Below the pieces are notes generated by a model, which was not told the origin of the DNA, did no database searches, and worked only from the letters and a program-made list of their open reading frames with translations. Positions 9,468 to 19,803 of a DNA stretch of 64,000 bases are shown here, piece by piece (the first letter of the stretch is position 1; each line of letters begins with the position of its first letter). The DNA lies in IMG/VR virus record IMGVR_UViG_3300008116_000011, positions 64,001 to 128,000 of that record; one strand, written 5' to 3'. The position numbers were made by a program, and so were the translations under genes. Source of the stretch: a virus.

Positions 9468-10906
9468 AACGAAACTATGTGTTTGTTTTGTTTTGCAGGT
9501 AATTCTTCAATTTTTATAAAATCATAGGATACTCTTGGCTCCCAAGTATCAAAAGTTTTATCTATATACTTAATAGCATTTTTAGCCATATTTTCAGCTG
9601 TCATCATAGCCTCATCAGATGTAACCCATTTACGAGCAGCCTCTCCTTTATGTTTACGTTCCTCAGAACTTAATTCATACATTGCTTTTATTTGAGCAGC
9701 TGCATCTCTAAAATCAACTCTATCATCAAATATATAAGGTGTTGGGATAGATCCTATTACAGACATATTAGAAGGAAATACGGGGAATGCCCATTTACCA
9801 CATTTTTTATATTTTCCAAAATGATTTGATCCAAATTCTTCTGTAAACTTAACCCAATTACCATTTTCATCTTCAAAACGCATTTGATCTTGCATACCAC
9901 CAGTAACATTAGCAATAATAGGTTTACTACACATCATTGCTTCTGTTAATGATAATCCCCAACCTTCATTTGATGAAAGTAAAATAACTCCATCTGAGCA
10001 GTTATATAGAAGATTCATTTGTTCTGGAGTGAATCTGTTTAGTCCTGTAATGAAGACATTTGGTGGGTTTTTACCCCAAATCATTTCCATTACTGCATAA
10101 AGATCGGTTCCATTTTCATCTACAGGTTGGGTATGAGCTATAAAGGCAACTTTATCTTTTTTATCTTCAGGAAGTTGATCTACAAATAATTTCCAAGCTA
10201 ATAGAGTATCGGGAAATGATTTACGTCTAATGTTTCTAGAATTAAACATTAAAATAAATTCATATTCTTTATCTTTAAATAATTGTTTTTTAAATGTTTG
10301 AAGCTCATCCCATTTATCTGTTCCTTCTTGAATAGGAAAAAATACATTTTTATTTATACCATGAGGTACATATCCTATTACTTTATCTTTAGCTTTATCT
10401 CCTAATACAACATGGTTAATATTTTCTGTTTGTTTAGAAATAGCTAGTAGAGCATCACATGATTCATAATAAGCTCTATTATATAAAGGATAAGGTAATG
10501 AATCCCAAATATTAAGATAAATAATAGGAACTTGAGCACGTATTTCTCTCTCATGCATCCACAACCAAGTCCAATAACGCGGGTCTGTAAATAGCATTAT
10601 TGCGTCTGGTTTTTCTATGGCTAGTAAATCTCTAATTCTTTCAATAGTGCCATATCCAGAGCTAGGATACAGGAATACACTAGAATCTGTTAGTTCATTA
10701 ATTCTGTTTGAGTCTTCGCTTAGATCTAATTTTTTACCTTCATCAGGATGTTTAATTGTGCTTCCTAAATTCACCCAGTTATAATGATGACAAGTTCCTA
10801 CAACTATTTCTCTAGCCATAGTAGCAATACCAGATGTAGTTCTAATGTCATCTGATAATAATAGAATTTTCTTTCGTTGTTCTTTGGGGATATAACCTTC
10901 TTTCAT
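9464..10906 (-). CDS. GT4 (GT-B) glycosyltransferase
   Basis: SGIA, PHG, RNIRRK, NEGWGLSLTEAM, TGG. Confidence 0.85.
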   Translation of the reverse strand: MKEGYIPKEQRKKILLLSDDIRTTSGIATMAREIVVGTCHHYNWVNLGSTIKHPDEGKKLDLSEDSNRINELTDSSVFLYPSSGYGTIERIRDLLAIEKPDAIMLFTDPRYWTWLWMHEREIRAQVPIIYLNIWDSLPYPLYNRAYYESCDALLAISKQTENINHVVLGDKAKDKVIGYVPHGINKNVFFPIQEGTDKWDELQTFKKQLFKDKEYEFILMFNSRNIRRKSFPDTLLAWKLFVDQLPEDKKDKVAFIAHTQPVDENGTDLYAVMEMIWGKNPPNVFITGLNRFTPEQMNLLYNCSDGVILLSSNEGWGLSLTEAMMCSKPIIANVTGGMQDQMRFEDENGNWVKFTEEFGSNHFGKYKKCGKWAFPVFPSNMSVIGSIPTPYIFDDRVDFRDAAAQIKAMYELSSEERKHKGEAARKWVTSDEAMMTAENMAKNAIKYIDKTFDTWEPRVSYDFIKIEELPAKQNKHIVSL

Positions 10907-10923
10907 AACAAATTTTAGAATTA

Positions 10924-11127
10924 TTAAAGACTACCACTCATAACTAAATCAGTATGATTGTGTAATTGCTTGCGAAATTCTTCATCGCTTAAATACAAAT
11001 GAATTGCTCTATTAGTTAATTTTTGCAAATTGAATTTATTTTTAATACTTGCAACTTTAAACTCTTCAAACAAGTCTTGATGTACTTTTACACTTGTAAG
11101 TGTTAATTTTTCATTTTTACCTGCCAT
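10924..11127 (-). CDS. small ribbon-helix-helix-like DNA-binding protein
   Basis: LTSVKV beta strand followed by two predicted helices. Confidence 0.45.
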   Translation of the reverse strand: MAGKNEKLTLTSVKVHQDLFEEFKVASIKNKFNLQKLTNRAIHLYLSDEEFRKQLHNHTDLVMSGSL

Positions 11128-11157
11128 AAACTATATATTTTATATAAATATATACAG

Positions 11158-12102
11158 CTATATAGAAGAGTTCATCTTGTTGCAAAGAGAAGGATTGTTA
11201 TTAAATTGGCACCAATTACATAAAGGACCTACTTGTTTTAAGTGTTCTTTAACTAATGGTTTTCCATCCTTATCAAAGCAATCTTCTATAAATGTACGAA
11301 AACTTTCTAAGGTAGCCGAACGTTTTCTTGAACCTGATGCAGGAATAAATGATTGAATTCTAGGAATTGGGTATTCACTTTCTTCCCATATTTTGCGTTT
11401 TACAATGAAGAATTCAACTTCTATTTTATCTACATCCCAATTAAATAATTTACTAAAGTATTCCTTGTAAAGTATAATTTGTGATATTTTAGTTTCATTT
11501 CGTTTATCCTCATCTCTCCATCCGCGTTTTGAAGTCTTGATATCGTATATTTGAATTTTATCTACTGCTTCATTATATAAAATAAAGTCAATATATCCTC
11601 TAAATTTAACATTAGGGTATTTCTCGTGTGGAGTAAAGGATAAAGGAAATTCAATTCCTATAAGATGTGTTTTACGAGTTGAAAAATATTCGCCTCGTTT
11701 TTTAAGGAAGAATTCAATTATTGATCTTCCATCTTCAAAATATTCAGCCATTTCATCGGCTGAAGAGAAATGTACTTTATTATTTTGTTCAAATCCTTTT
11801 TTATATTCTTCTCTAAAGGTATTTTCAAATAAAGTAAGAATATCTTCTCTGTCAGCGGCGACACCACTTTGTTCATACATTACTTTTAAATAATGTTGAA
11901 TAGCAGTGTGCATTGCTGTTCCAAAAGCAAATTCAATACTTGGAGGGCTTTTATGTTTGTCTACATTTTGAAGTTTCCATTTATGAGGACATTGCCTCCA
12001 AGTAGAATATTGCGAATAAGAAACTATCTTTTCTTTACTCCAATCAATTTCCGTTTCTTTATGCTCAAGTAGAGGCTTTAGATGCTTTGGTAGTTTTTTC
12101 AT
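11158..12102 (-). CDS. PD-(D/E)XK Cas4/RecB-like exonuclease
   Basis: SYS..CP, FGTAMH, GYID, DIKT, Q...Y, C-terminal CNWC..C. Confidence 0.85.
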   Translation of the reverse strand: MKKLPKHLKPLLEHKETEIDWSKEKIVSYSQYSTWRQCPHKWKLQNVDKHKSPPSIEFAFGTAMHTAIQHYLKVMYEQSGVAADREDILTLFENTFREEYKKGFEQNNKVHFSSADEMAEYFEDGRSIIEFFLKKRGEYFSTRKTHLIGIEFPLSFTPHEKYPNVKFRGYIDFILYNEAVDKIQIYDIKTSKRGWRDEDKRNETKISQIILYKEYFSKLFNWDVDKIEVEFFIVKRKIWEESEYPIPRIQSFIPASGSRKRSATLESFRTFIEDCFDKDGKPLVKEHLKQVGPLCNWCQFNNNPSLCNKMNSSI

Positions 12103-12511
12103 CCTTCAATAACTTTTTAATTTCATCGTCGTTTATTCCTCTACTACTTAAGATATCTTTTATTTGATCTTTACTTAGTATGTAAAGATATTCTTTTATT
12201 TCTCTAGTTGATACTTGGAAATGATTTGCTAAAACTTCAAGTAATTCACTATTTGCTTTAGACTTAGTTGACTTAATATATTTTGCAAATACCTTATTTT
12301 CAGGTAAATAATTACAATATATTAAATATATTTGATCCGGTTTTAATTGCCAAAACTGTTGTAAGTAATTAGCTAACTCAATATATGGTTCATACATTGA
12401 TACTAGTCGATGCATCATATAGGGATTAAATGTCGCTTTATCTTCATCGCTAAATGAAGACCAAGGATCCCTAACGTATGTAACTTGTTTAAACCAATCA
12501 AATATTGTCAT
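12065..12511 (-). CDS. clamp loader small subunit (gp62-like)
   Basis: FNPYMMHRLVS, KYIK; located near the RFC subunit. Confidence 0.6.
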   Translation of the reverse strand: MTIFDWFKQVTYVRDPWSSFSDEDKATFNPYMMHRLVSMYEPYIELANYLQQFWQLKPDQIYLIYCNYLPENKVFAKYIKSTKSKANSELLEVLANHFQVSTREIKEYLYILSKDQIKDILSSRGINDDEIKKLLKDEKTTKASKAST

Positions 12512-12735
12512 TACGCTTTGTCTTTAGGCATAAAATCAGCATTTACGTGTCCGCATTTAGAACAAGTAAATACTTGAATAGGCATAAGTGCATCTTGTGA
12601 AGTACCAGCTACAAAACGTGAAATTTTACGTAGCATTACTCCTTCGATAAACACTTCATTTTCACATTCTTCACATTTAATAGGTGTAGTATCTTTTAAT
12701 GCTACATTCATGTTAATTTGTTGTTGTTGACTCAT
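12511..12735 (-). CDS. zinc-ribbon protein
   Basis: CEEC...CSKC. Confidence 0.6.
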   Translation of the reverse strand: MSQQQQINMNVALKDTTPIKCEECENEVFIEGVMLRKISRFVAGTSQDALMPIQVFTCSKCGHVNADFMPKDKA

Positions 12736-12736
12736 T

Positions 12737-13648
12737 TTATTTGATTTTTAAGATTTGAGATATAAACGCCATAAAGTTAATTTCTTTATCAGCGATAGTA
12801 TTATTTTGCCATAGATATTGAGCTGAATGTATTGCTACGTCTGCAGGTTGGGTTGTGTATTCGCTTACACGTTCATATAAGCCTGTAAATAAAGGTACGT
12901 AATCATTTACATCTGCATCTGCTACTGTTTGTCTAATATCAGTCCAAGCTGTTTTACTCTTTAATTTTAAATGTTTTATAACATCATTTAAAACGCCCTC
13001 AACATTAGCTACTAATGCTCCTGGATTTAGAGTATTATTGTCATCTATTGATTGTTGAGATGCATTAATAATTTTTCTAATGTCAGGGTAGTATGTTTTA
13101 ACTATAGCAGCAATATTAGGTAATTCATATTTAACACCCTCTTGATCTAATATCCAGGCTAAATGTTTTGCAACATCACCTTTAGCAGGTGGTTCAATAT
13201 GAAATGTTTGACATCTACTTTTAAGCGGATCAATTATACGTTCAGCATAGTTAGCTGTAAGTATAAATCGTGTTTTTGCAGAATAAGTTTCCATTACATT
13301 ACGTAATGCTGCTTGTGCTTGAGCAGTAATATAATCGGCTTCATCAAGTATTACTACTTTAAGTGGATTAAAACTACTCACAGAGGCAAAATCTACAATT
13401 TTATCTCTAATAGTATCAATTCCTCTTTCATCAGAAGCGTTAATGTACATTATATCACACTTGATATTTTTTGTAATTAACTTAGCTAATGTTGTTTTAC
13501 CTGTACCCGGCTTTCCAAATAGTAATAGATGAGGAATATCATTTGTAGTGATACATTTAGAAATGAAGGCTTTTACACCCTCATTTCCAACGTATGTATC
13601 TAGATTTTGACTACGATATTTCTCAACCCATAGCGAGTTGTTCGTCAT
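12737..13648 (-). CDS. clamp loader AAA+ subunit (gp44/RFC)
   Basis: WVEKYR, GKPGTGKT, DEAD, SRC motifs. Confidence 0.95.
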   Translation of the reverse strand: MTNNSLWVEKYRSQNLDTYVGNEGVKAFISKCITTNDIPHLLLFGKPGTGKTTLAKLITKNIKCDIMYINASDERGIDTIRDKIVDFASVSSFNPLKVVILDEADYITAQAQAALRNVMETYSAKTRFILTANYAERIIDPLKSRCQTFHIEPPAKGDVAKHLAWILDQEGVKYELPNIAAIVKTYYPDIRKIINASQQSIDDNNTLNPGALVANVEGVLNDVIKHLKLKSKTAWTDIRQTVADADVNDYVPLFTGLYERVSEYTTQPADVAIHSAQYLWQNNTIADKEINFMAFISQILKIK

Positions 13649-15254
13649 TTTTATCTTTTTTAGGTTCGTTATAGATTACACATTCAGTTAACAATACAGT
13701 ACCTGCTACTGAAACGGCATTTTCAAGTGCTGTACGAGCTACTTTCATAGGATCGATAATACCTGCTTCAAACATATCTTTTATTGTTTCTGCTTTAATG
13801 TCGTATCCAAATGTACGGCCATTAGTTGGGTTTTCCTCTCTAGACTTCCTAAGAGCAAAGATAATTTCCTCTTTATTTTCAACACCCGCATTATCAAGAA
13901 TCTTAAGGAATGGAGCAGCACAAGCAATATATGCTATTCTCTTTCCTAAATTAAAATCTTCTCCATCTTCTTTCTTAAGTACGATATTTTCTCTTGCTTC
14001 TAGTAAAGCAATACCACCACCTGGGAGTAATCCTTCTTCAAGTGCTGCTTTAGTTGCTTGTAGAGCATCATCAATACGATCTTTCTTTTCTTTAATTTCA
14101 GTTTCTGTAGCTCCACCAATATTAATTACAGCAACTCCACCTACTAATTTTCCAAGACGCTCTTGTAAATGTTCTTTTTCGAACGCTGATTGTGCTTTTG
14201 CAATTTGTTCTTTTAGATCAGCAACACGATTTTGAATATCACCTTCTGCTCCACCACCATCTACAATTGTAGTTGTATCTTTAGTTACTGTTACTACTCT
14301 TGCTTTACCGAACCAATCTGAGTTGAAGCGCTCTAATTTCATTCCTTTCTCAGGTGAAATTACAGTACCACCAGTTACAGTTGCAATATCTTCAAGTACT
14401 GCTAAACGACGATCTCCAAAATCAGGTGCTTTAACAGCAACTGCTTTTAACATACCTCTCATTTTATTTACAATGAGTGTAGATAGTGCTTCACCATCAA
14501 TATCTTCAGCAATGATTAAAAGTGAACTATCTGTTTGTGAAGTACCCTCAAGTACTGGAAGTAGTTCTTTAACTGATGTTAATCGTCCGTTATAGATTAA
14601 AATCAATGGGTCTTTTAGAGCAGCAGACATTGTACTATTATCTGTTGTAAAATACATTGATTTATATCCCCTATCAAATTGAATACCTTCTACTGTTTCA
14701 AGTGATGTTTCACCTGTTTTACTTTCTTCAACAGTAACTACACCATCCATTCCTACCATATTCATGGCTTCAGCTACTAATGCTCCAATTTCTTCGTCAT
14801 TGTTAGCTGAGATAGTAGCTACTTGCTTAATTTGGTCTTCAGAATTAATTTCACGTTTAATTTCTTCTAAACCTTTAACTACTTCTTTAGCAGCCGCTTC
14901 AATACCTTTCTTTACTAATACTACGTTAGTATTAGGATTGATACTATGAAATGCTTTTTGAATTAATGAATTAGAAAGTACAGTTGATGTTGTTGTACCA
15001 TCACCTGCTTTATCTGCTGTTTTAATAGATGCTTGCTTAATCATTTGTGCACCTATATTTTCAATTGGATCTTCAAAATCCTTAAGTGTTTTTGCTACTG
15101 TAACACCATCTTTAGTACTGCGTACAGTTCCGTAGTCATCAATGAATACTACGTTGCGACCATAAGGTCCGAGTGTTGAGCTAACAGCATCAGCAACTTG
15201 CTTGATACCACTAGCTAATTTTTCTTTTGCTTCTTGATTGAATGCTGTCTTCAT
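13623..15254 (-). CDS. groEL: chaperonin GroEL
   Basis: TLGP, KDGVTVA, GDGTTT, FDRGY, GGG; full length. Confidence 0.97.
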   Translation of the reverse strand: MKTAFNQEAKEKLASGIKQVADAVSSTLGPYGRNVVFIDDYGTVRSTKDGVTVAKTLKDFEDPIENIGAQMIKQASIKTADKAGDGTTTSTVLSNSLIQKAFHSINPNTNVVLVKKGIEAAAKEVVKGLEEIKREINSEDQIKQVATISANNDEEIGALVAEAMNMVGMDGVVTVEESKTGETSLETVEGIQFDRGYKSMYFTTDNSTMSAALKDPLILIYNGRLTSVKELLPVLEGTSQTDSSLLIIAEDIDGEALSTLIVNKMRGMLKAVAVKAPDFGDRRLAVLEDIATVTGGTVISPEKGMKLERFNSDWFGKARVVTVTKDTTTIVDGGGAEGDIQNRVADLKEQIAKAQSAFEKEHLQERLGKLVGGVAVINIGGATETEIKEKKDRIDDALQATKAALEEGLLPGGGIALLEARENIVLKKEDGEDFNLGKRIAYIACAAPFLKILDNAGVENKEEIIFALRKSREENPTNGRTFGYDIKAETIKDMFEAGIIDPMKVARTALENAVSVAGTVLLTECVIYNEPKKDKNDEQLAMG

Positions 15255-15273
15255 ATTTTTGTTTTATATATTC

Positions 15274-15405
15274 TTAAAATACAGGAGCAAATCCCCTTTT
15301 TGTTTTATCACATTTTTCACATTTCCATAAAGCAAATGTACCATAAATGTGAACACAAGTCCATTTATGTTTACAAAATAAGGATTTGATATACTGTTTT
15401 ATCAT
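15274..15405 (-). CDS. 43-aa Cys/His-rich microprotein
   Basis: Not in the track. MIKQYIKSLFCKHKWTCVHIYGTFALWKCEKCDKTKRGFAPVF; TAATG overlap with the groES stop. Confidence 0.6.
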   Translation of the reverse strand: MIKQYIKSLFCKHKWTCVHIYGTFALWKCEKCDKTKRGFAPVF

Positions 15406-15695
15406 TAGTCATTAATTAATGCTAATACGTTTGCTTCTGACACTGCAATATATTCTACTCCTTCCCATTCTAGTTTAGTAGGTCCTACTTGAGGTAATAC
15501 TACTTTATCTCCTACTTTAAATGACATAGGGATACGAGCATCTCCTGCGTTGTTCCACCTTCCAGGTCCAACATCAATAATTGTTCCTACAATTGCTTTT
15601 TCTTGTGACAAATCGGGAATAATAAATTTGCCGTGCATTTTTTCTGTTTTTTCATCCACCTTTACAATGATGGCATCCCATACTGCTTTAATCAT
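15405..15695 (-). CDS. groES: co-chaperonin GroES
   Basis: IIPD, VGPG, KVGDKV, E..VLA. Confidence 0.9.
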   Translation of the reverse strand: MIKAVWDAIIVKVDEKTEKMHGKFIIPDLSQEKAIVGTIIDVGPGRWNNAGDARIPMSFKVGDKVVLPQVGPTKLEWEGVEYIAVSEANVLALIND

Positions 15696-15994
15696 AAGTT
15701 TAATGCTTGTTTAAAATTTTCAAGTGTTTGTTTATGTTCGTTTACGTACTCTCTAAAAGTGTAAGTACCTTTTTTATTTACCATACAATTACGAACTAAT
15801 GTATGTAATACGTTTTCAAGTGAATTATAATAACCAACTGCAGTCATATTATCATTATACCCGGGTTCCATTAGAGTATAACATGATTTGTCTTCATGTA
15901 TTTCATAAGGGGCAAAGATAGGGTCTTTAATAATAACAATGTCTTTAGTTTGGCCTTTTTGGCGTCCGCGACGCCCCTTAAATGGATCACTCAT
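15692..15994 (-). CDS. hypothetical protein
   Basis: ORF overlapping the groES start. Confidence 0.6.
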   Translation of the reverse strand: MSDPFKGRRGRQKGQTKDIVIIKDPIFAPYEIHEDKSCYTLMEPGYNDNMTAVGYYNSLENVLHTLVRNCMVNKKGTYTFREYVNEHKQTLENFKQALNL

Positions 15995-16026
15995 AACTTT
16001 TATTTTTGTTTATATATAAATGTATG

Positions 16027-16233
16027 TTATTCAATTGTGTTCTCCACATTTTCTTCGATAATCTCAACATCCATTATTTGTTCACAGAAGAATACTTTAC
16101 CATCCTTTTTAAATGTTTTATGTGATGGTGATAAAGCGTTCCAATCCGGCCCTAAAGGCTCATACTTTTCATCTAATATTGTTTTTACGATGAATAATTC
16201 ATCATTTACTCGTATCATTCCTTTACTAATCAT
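16027..16233 (-). CDS. hypothetical protein
   Basis: ORF in operon. Confidence 0.55.
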   Translation of the reverse strand: MISKGMIRVNDELFIVKTILDEKYEPLGPDWNALSPSHKTFKKDGKVFFCEQIMDVEIIEENVENTIE

Positions 16234-16970
16234 CCTACTTGAACTTCAGGTAAATAATAAACAGCGTTTCCTGTTTCTGTTTTGATATCTAATTTTAAAA
16301 GTCCTTGAGTGCTAATATATCCTTTTGCTTCTATCAAATCATCTTTACTAGCATTAAGTATTTCTTTTACATATGCTGAATTAAATGATAGGAATCCAAT
16401 ATGCATTTCATTAAATGAAGCCTCAGCTGTAAATTCAACTTTATTGGAGTGAGATGTGGGTTCGCCTAGTATTAGTTTAACTTGTTTATTTTGATCTTCA
16501 TTTACATTAGTAGATATTCTAAATACTTCTCTAATATTTGACCCTAGAGCTCCTTTTGCCTTAGCAAAACGCATAATAAACTCAGAATCAATACTAAATG
16601 TTATTTCGTATTCAGGTTCACTTATTGATGGGGTATTTTGAATAATAAATGGATCTGCTAATGAATATTGTAGTGAGAAATTAGAATCTTCAATTAACAA
16701 CTTAGTAGGTACTTTATGTTGTTTATCAACATTAACTAAAATATCCATATCTAGAATAGATAACATTTTAAGTAATCCACTTGTATTAAATATACCTAGT
16801 GTTCCATCTTCTAATTCAACATCACATTCAACATGTCCTACTAGATCCTGATTCGGAGATACAAAGTCAATATTTAATTTATTGTTTGCAACATTCCATT
16901 TAACACTTTCAACAGTGCCATTTAAGTAGTATCGCTCAATGTTTGCTACTAGGTCTAGTTTATTAATCAT
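16230..16970 (-). CDS. sliding clamp (gp45/PCNA-like)
   Basis: 246 aa beta-rich protein; GIFN...L..L, Y.LADP, C-terminal YYL; lies between PolB and the clamp loader. Confidence 0.7.
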   Translation of the reverse strand: MINKLDLVANIERYYLNGTVESVKWNVANNKLNIDFVSPNQDLVGHVECDVELEDGTLGIFNTSGLLKMLSILDMDILVNVDKQHKVPTKLLIEDSNFSLQYSLADPFIIQNTPSISEPEYEITFSIDSEFIMRFAKAKGALGSNIREVFRISTNVNEDQNKQVKLILGEPTSHSNKVEFTAEASFNEMHIGFLSFNSAYVKEILNASKDDLIEAKGYISTQGLLKLDIKTETGNAVYYLPEVQVG

Positions 16971-17167
16971 AATTTTTCAATTTCTTGTTTTACTTCTATC
17001 CAATATGGGAATCTATTTGCGAAGTCTGTTACTATTAATTCTTCAATTATCTCATCTACTGCTATTAATGCACATTTTTTAGCATAATATACATCAGCAT
17101 CGGTATGAAAGTTAAGATAATCAAACATTTTGTTTAGTAATTCTGCTGCTTTTTCTTGTGGTGTCAT
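16967..17167 (-). CDS. hypothetical phage protein
   Basis: MTPQEKA...AKKCALIAVDEII...YW.EVKQEIEKL; own promoter upstream. Confidence 0.6.
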   Translation of the reverse strand: MTPQEKAAELLNKMFDYLNFHTDADVYYAKKCALIAVDEIIEELIVTDFANRFPYWIEVKQEIEKL

Positions 17168-17171
17168 ATTA

Positions 17172-17203
17172 TAAAGGTAATAAGATTTATTAGTTTATCC
17201 AAA
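17172..17203 (-). promoter_or_regulatory. Bacteroidota-type promoter
   Basis: TTTG-N20-TACCTTTA. Confidence 0.65.
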
Positions 17204-19777
17204 TTTAAAGAATTTATTTATGGTATTGTTGAATATTGGTTTTCCCCATTTCAAATCCTCATATAGTGTTTCTAGTTTATTCTTTAACATTGAATCAAAT
17301 AATTGCACTTTGTCTAGGTATTTTTCAATGAATTCAGTAATAAATGGAGGATCATCATAACCGTTAAATCCAATTACGTCAATTCGATATGGATTATCTT
17401 TTAAATATGCTATAAACATTTTATCTCCAATCTGAAATGTATTGTGTTTTTTATCTAGTTTTTTAAATCGAAGTAAATCATTATAGTAAATAGCTGCTTT
17501 AGTATTGATAGGACATTTTAATTCCAATTTAGAGAATATTTCACCTGGTTGAGGTTTTGAAGCAATATATTCGCCTATGTTTTTTAATCCAGTAGGTTTA
17601 AGCAATAAACGCCAATCTACTGTGTTGATACTTTCTCTAAATGTAATAATCTGTTTGTCTATTTCTGGTTTAGGTTTACCAAACATAATGTCTTGAATTA
17701 GACCCTTTGCAAATTTTCTAAAGTAAGGAGCAAAGTTAGATTTCATCAAATCTAATCCTTTAATATCTAATTCCTCTACAGGCACACCTTCTTTATTTAC
17801 AATAAATTGAGCGTAACGTCTTTTACCTGCAAAGTATCCTCGTTCAAGTACAACCTCTTGCTTTAATTCAAAGTAATGAGGACGATCATGTAAATTAAAT
17901 AATTCTACTACTAATGTATTTAGATTTTCGTTTGCTACTTTTTGTATTTCAGTAGCAATTTCTAAAACATACTTTACAGCTTCTTCTCTATTATTAAGAT
18001 TTACATCAGGATATCTTTTTCGGATTAGATCCTTTACTTGGATAAATAACGAATCAGTATCTGATGTTACAATATAATCAATACCCTCAGTTTCCATTTG
18101 TTCATTCATCCATCTATTTACATATTTAATAGATTCCTGAGTTAAACGTTGCCCTGTAAGTGTAATTGCTTTTGAAACGAATTTATGTCCATCTGTATAG
18201 CGCCATCCATTAATAGCATAGCAACCATAAACGTCATTCAATTTAATTTTATATGCGTGTTGTCTACGATTATAGAATTCACCTTTAACAGCATCACCTG
18301 ACTTATATGCTTTTTTCATCAGGTTTTTATATTCAACACGTTTATTAAACCAGTCAGTTAATACATCACATACTATACTTGATCTGTCTTTTCGAAATAT
18401 AACACCAGGAGCAGATATAATCCAATTTTCCTGTTCAATTAATTTAATTATTTTTTCTACAGTTACAATTGAGCGTGAAATACTTTTATTTGGATTTATT
18501 CGCTCAATAGTAATTTCAGTATTTGGGTTTAATAATTTTAATTCTTTTAAAGACCATTGATTATCATATTTGTCTTTATTTACTATTCGTCCTATTAAAG
18601 TTTCAATCCCCATATTTAAGGAACGAATAATAGACGGATATAATGATGTAAAATCTAAATCAATAACCCACTCATATAATCCTGGTACTGGGTCTTTTAG
18701 GTATCCGCCAGCATATTCCTCTTTAATGTCTTTTAAATTAGGATTATAAGTTGTTGGTTTATTAGGTGAAATTACATTTTTACGTTTTAGATAAGTTAAA
18801 ATAGCGCCTTCATTTAATGTTGTAGACATATAAATTTGCTCATAAGGCACATGACACAGGTGGCAAATAATTACTGTTAGATCAATAAATTTAAGTTTAT
18901 CTTCAAGTGCAACTATAATTTCAACGTCTCTAATATTGTAATCAATAAACTTATTTATATCTTCTTTAAATAATTTATCTAATGAACCTAAATAATCTAC
19001 TTTGCCTAAATCAACATATTTTTCTCCAATATTACCTAAGGCATAAGATGGTTCTTGAGCTGTGATGTATTTTTTAAACAGCAACATATAGTCAAGGTGG
19101 TTTACACCTGCTATAGTAGTATATTTTTCTCCAGCAAATTCACCTTCATCTACTTGTTTTAATGGAGATAAACGTACAGCTTGGCTTTCACCTATTACTT
19201 TAGCAATACGATGATATAAGTAAGGAATATCAAAGAACTCACTATTCCACCCAGTTATAATTGTTGGATCTAATTCTTCCCATTTATCAAGGAACTTATA
19301 CATTAATTCCTTTTCTGTAAGGCAAGGTATTACTGTTTTATTTTCACTTGTAGATTCACTCATTGCCTTTGCTTCATCTAGAATGTAACAATAATACATT
19401 TTAGTACTATTGTCGTATAAAGCAATTGCTGTTAATTTACCTGCAGGGTCACGAACACTATCTTGGGTAAGCGCTCCTGCAATTTCACACTCAATATCTA
19501 GATAGACAATGTTTTGATATTCAGGTGTGTCGTCTTGTTCATAATAGGCATCTACTAATACACGAGTAAATTTATCAACATCACTTTCATAAGCATTAGA
19601 ATCTTTCCAATCATATTGTTTAGTTGGAGATACTTTAACGCCCTCTAATGTTTCATATTCACCTTTTTCATTTGCAACGTAGCAGGTAGCTCGATATGGA
19701 AATTCGAGCCACCCCTTTTTATCGTCACGTAGATGATATGTCTTTGTACTTCTGTTGTAATAAATTGCTTGATACAT
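17195..19777 (-). CDS. family B DNA polymerase (gp43-like)
   Basis: Exonuclease DIE, WNSEFFD, YNIRD; polymerase DFTSLYPS, K...N..YG, DTDS, KRRYA. Confidence 0.97.
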   Translation of the reverse strand: MYQAIYYNRSTKTYHLRDDKKGWLEFPYRATCYVANEKGEYETLEGVKVSPTKQYDWKDSNAYESDVDKFTRVLVDAYYEQDDTPEYQNIVYLDIECEIAGALTQDSVRDPAGKLTAIALYDNSTKMYYCYILDEAKAMSESTSENKTVIPCLTEKELMYKFLDKWEELDPTIITGWNSEFFDIPYLYHRIAKVIGESQAVRLSPLKQVDEGEFAGEKYTTIAGVNHLDYMLLFKKYITAQEPSYALGNIGEKYVDLGKVDYLGSLDKLFKEDINKFIDYNIRDVEIIVALEDKLKFIDLTVIICHLCHVPYEQIYMSTTLNEGAILTYLKRKNVISPNKPTTYNPNLKDIKEEYAGGYLKDPVPGLYEWVIDLDFTSLYPSIIRSLNMGIETLIGRIVNKDKYDNQWSLKELKLLNPNTEITIERINPNKSISRSIVTVEKIIKLIEQENWIISAPGVIFRKDRSSIVCDVLTDWFNKRVEYKNLMKKAYKSGDAVKGEFYNRRQHAYKIKLNDVYGCYAINGWRYTDGHKFVSKAITLTGQRLTQESIKYVNRWMNEQMETEGIDYIVTSDTDSLFIQVKDLIRKRYPDVNLNNREEAVKYVLEIATEIQKVANENLNTLVVELFNLHDRPHYFELKQEVVLERGYFAGKRRYAQFIVNKEGVPVEELDIKGLDLMKSNFAPYFRKFAKGLIQDIMFGKPKPEIDKQIITFRESINTVDWRLLLKPTGLKNIGEYIASKPQPGEIFSKLELKCPINTKAAIYYNDLLRFKKLDKKHNTFQIGDKMFIAYLKDNPYRIDVIGFNGYDDPPFITEFIEKYLDKVQLFDSMLKNKLETLYEDLKWGKPIFNNTINKFFKFG

Positions 19778-19803
19778 AACCTTTTAAATATACTAGGGTT
19801 TCT

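Noticed and set aside
1-10906. Bacterial O-antigen or capsule locus (host contamination or chimera)
   Set aside because: Same strand, packing and promoter motifs as the phage genes, interleaved with phage hypotheticals, and no wzx/wzy/export genes.
11158-12102. CRISPR-Cas system based on the Cas4-like gene
   Set aside because: Solo Cas4/RecB-like nucleases are common in phage replication modules; no array or cas1/cas2 is present.
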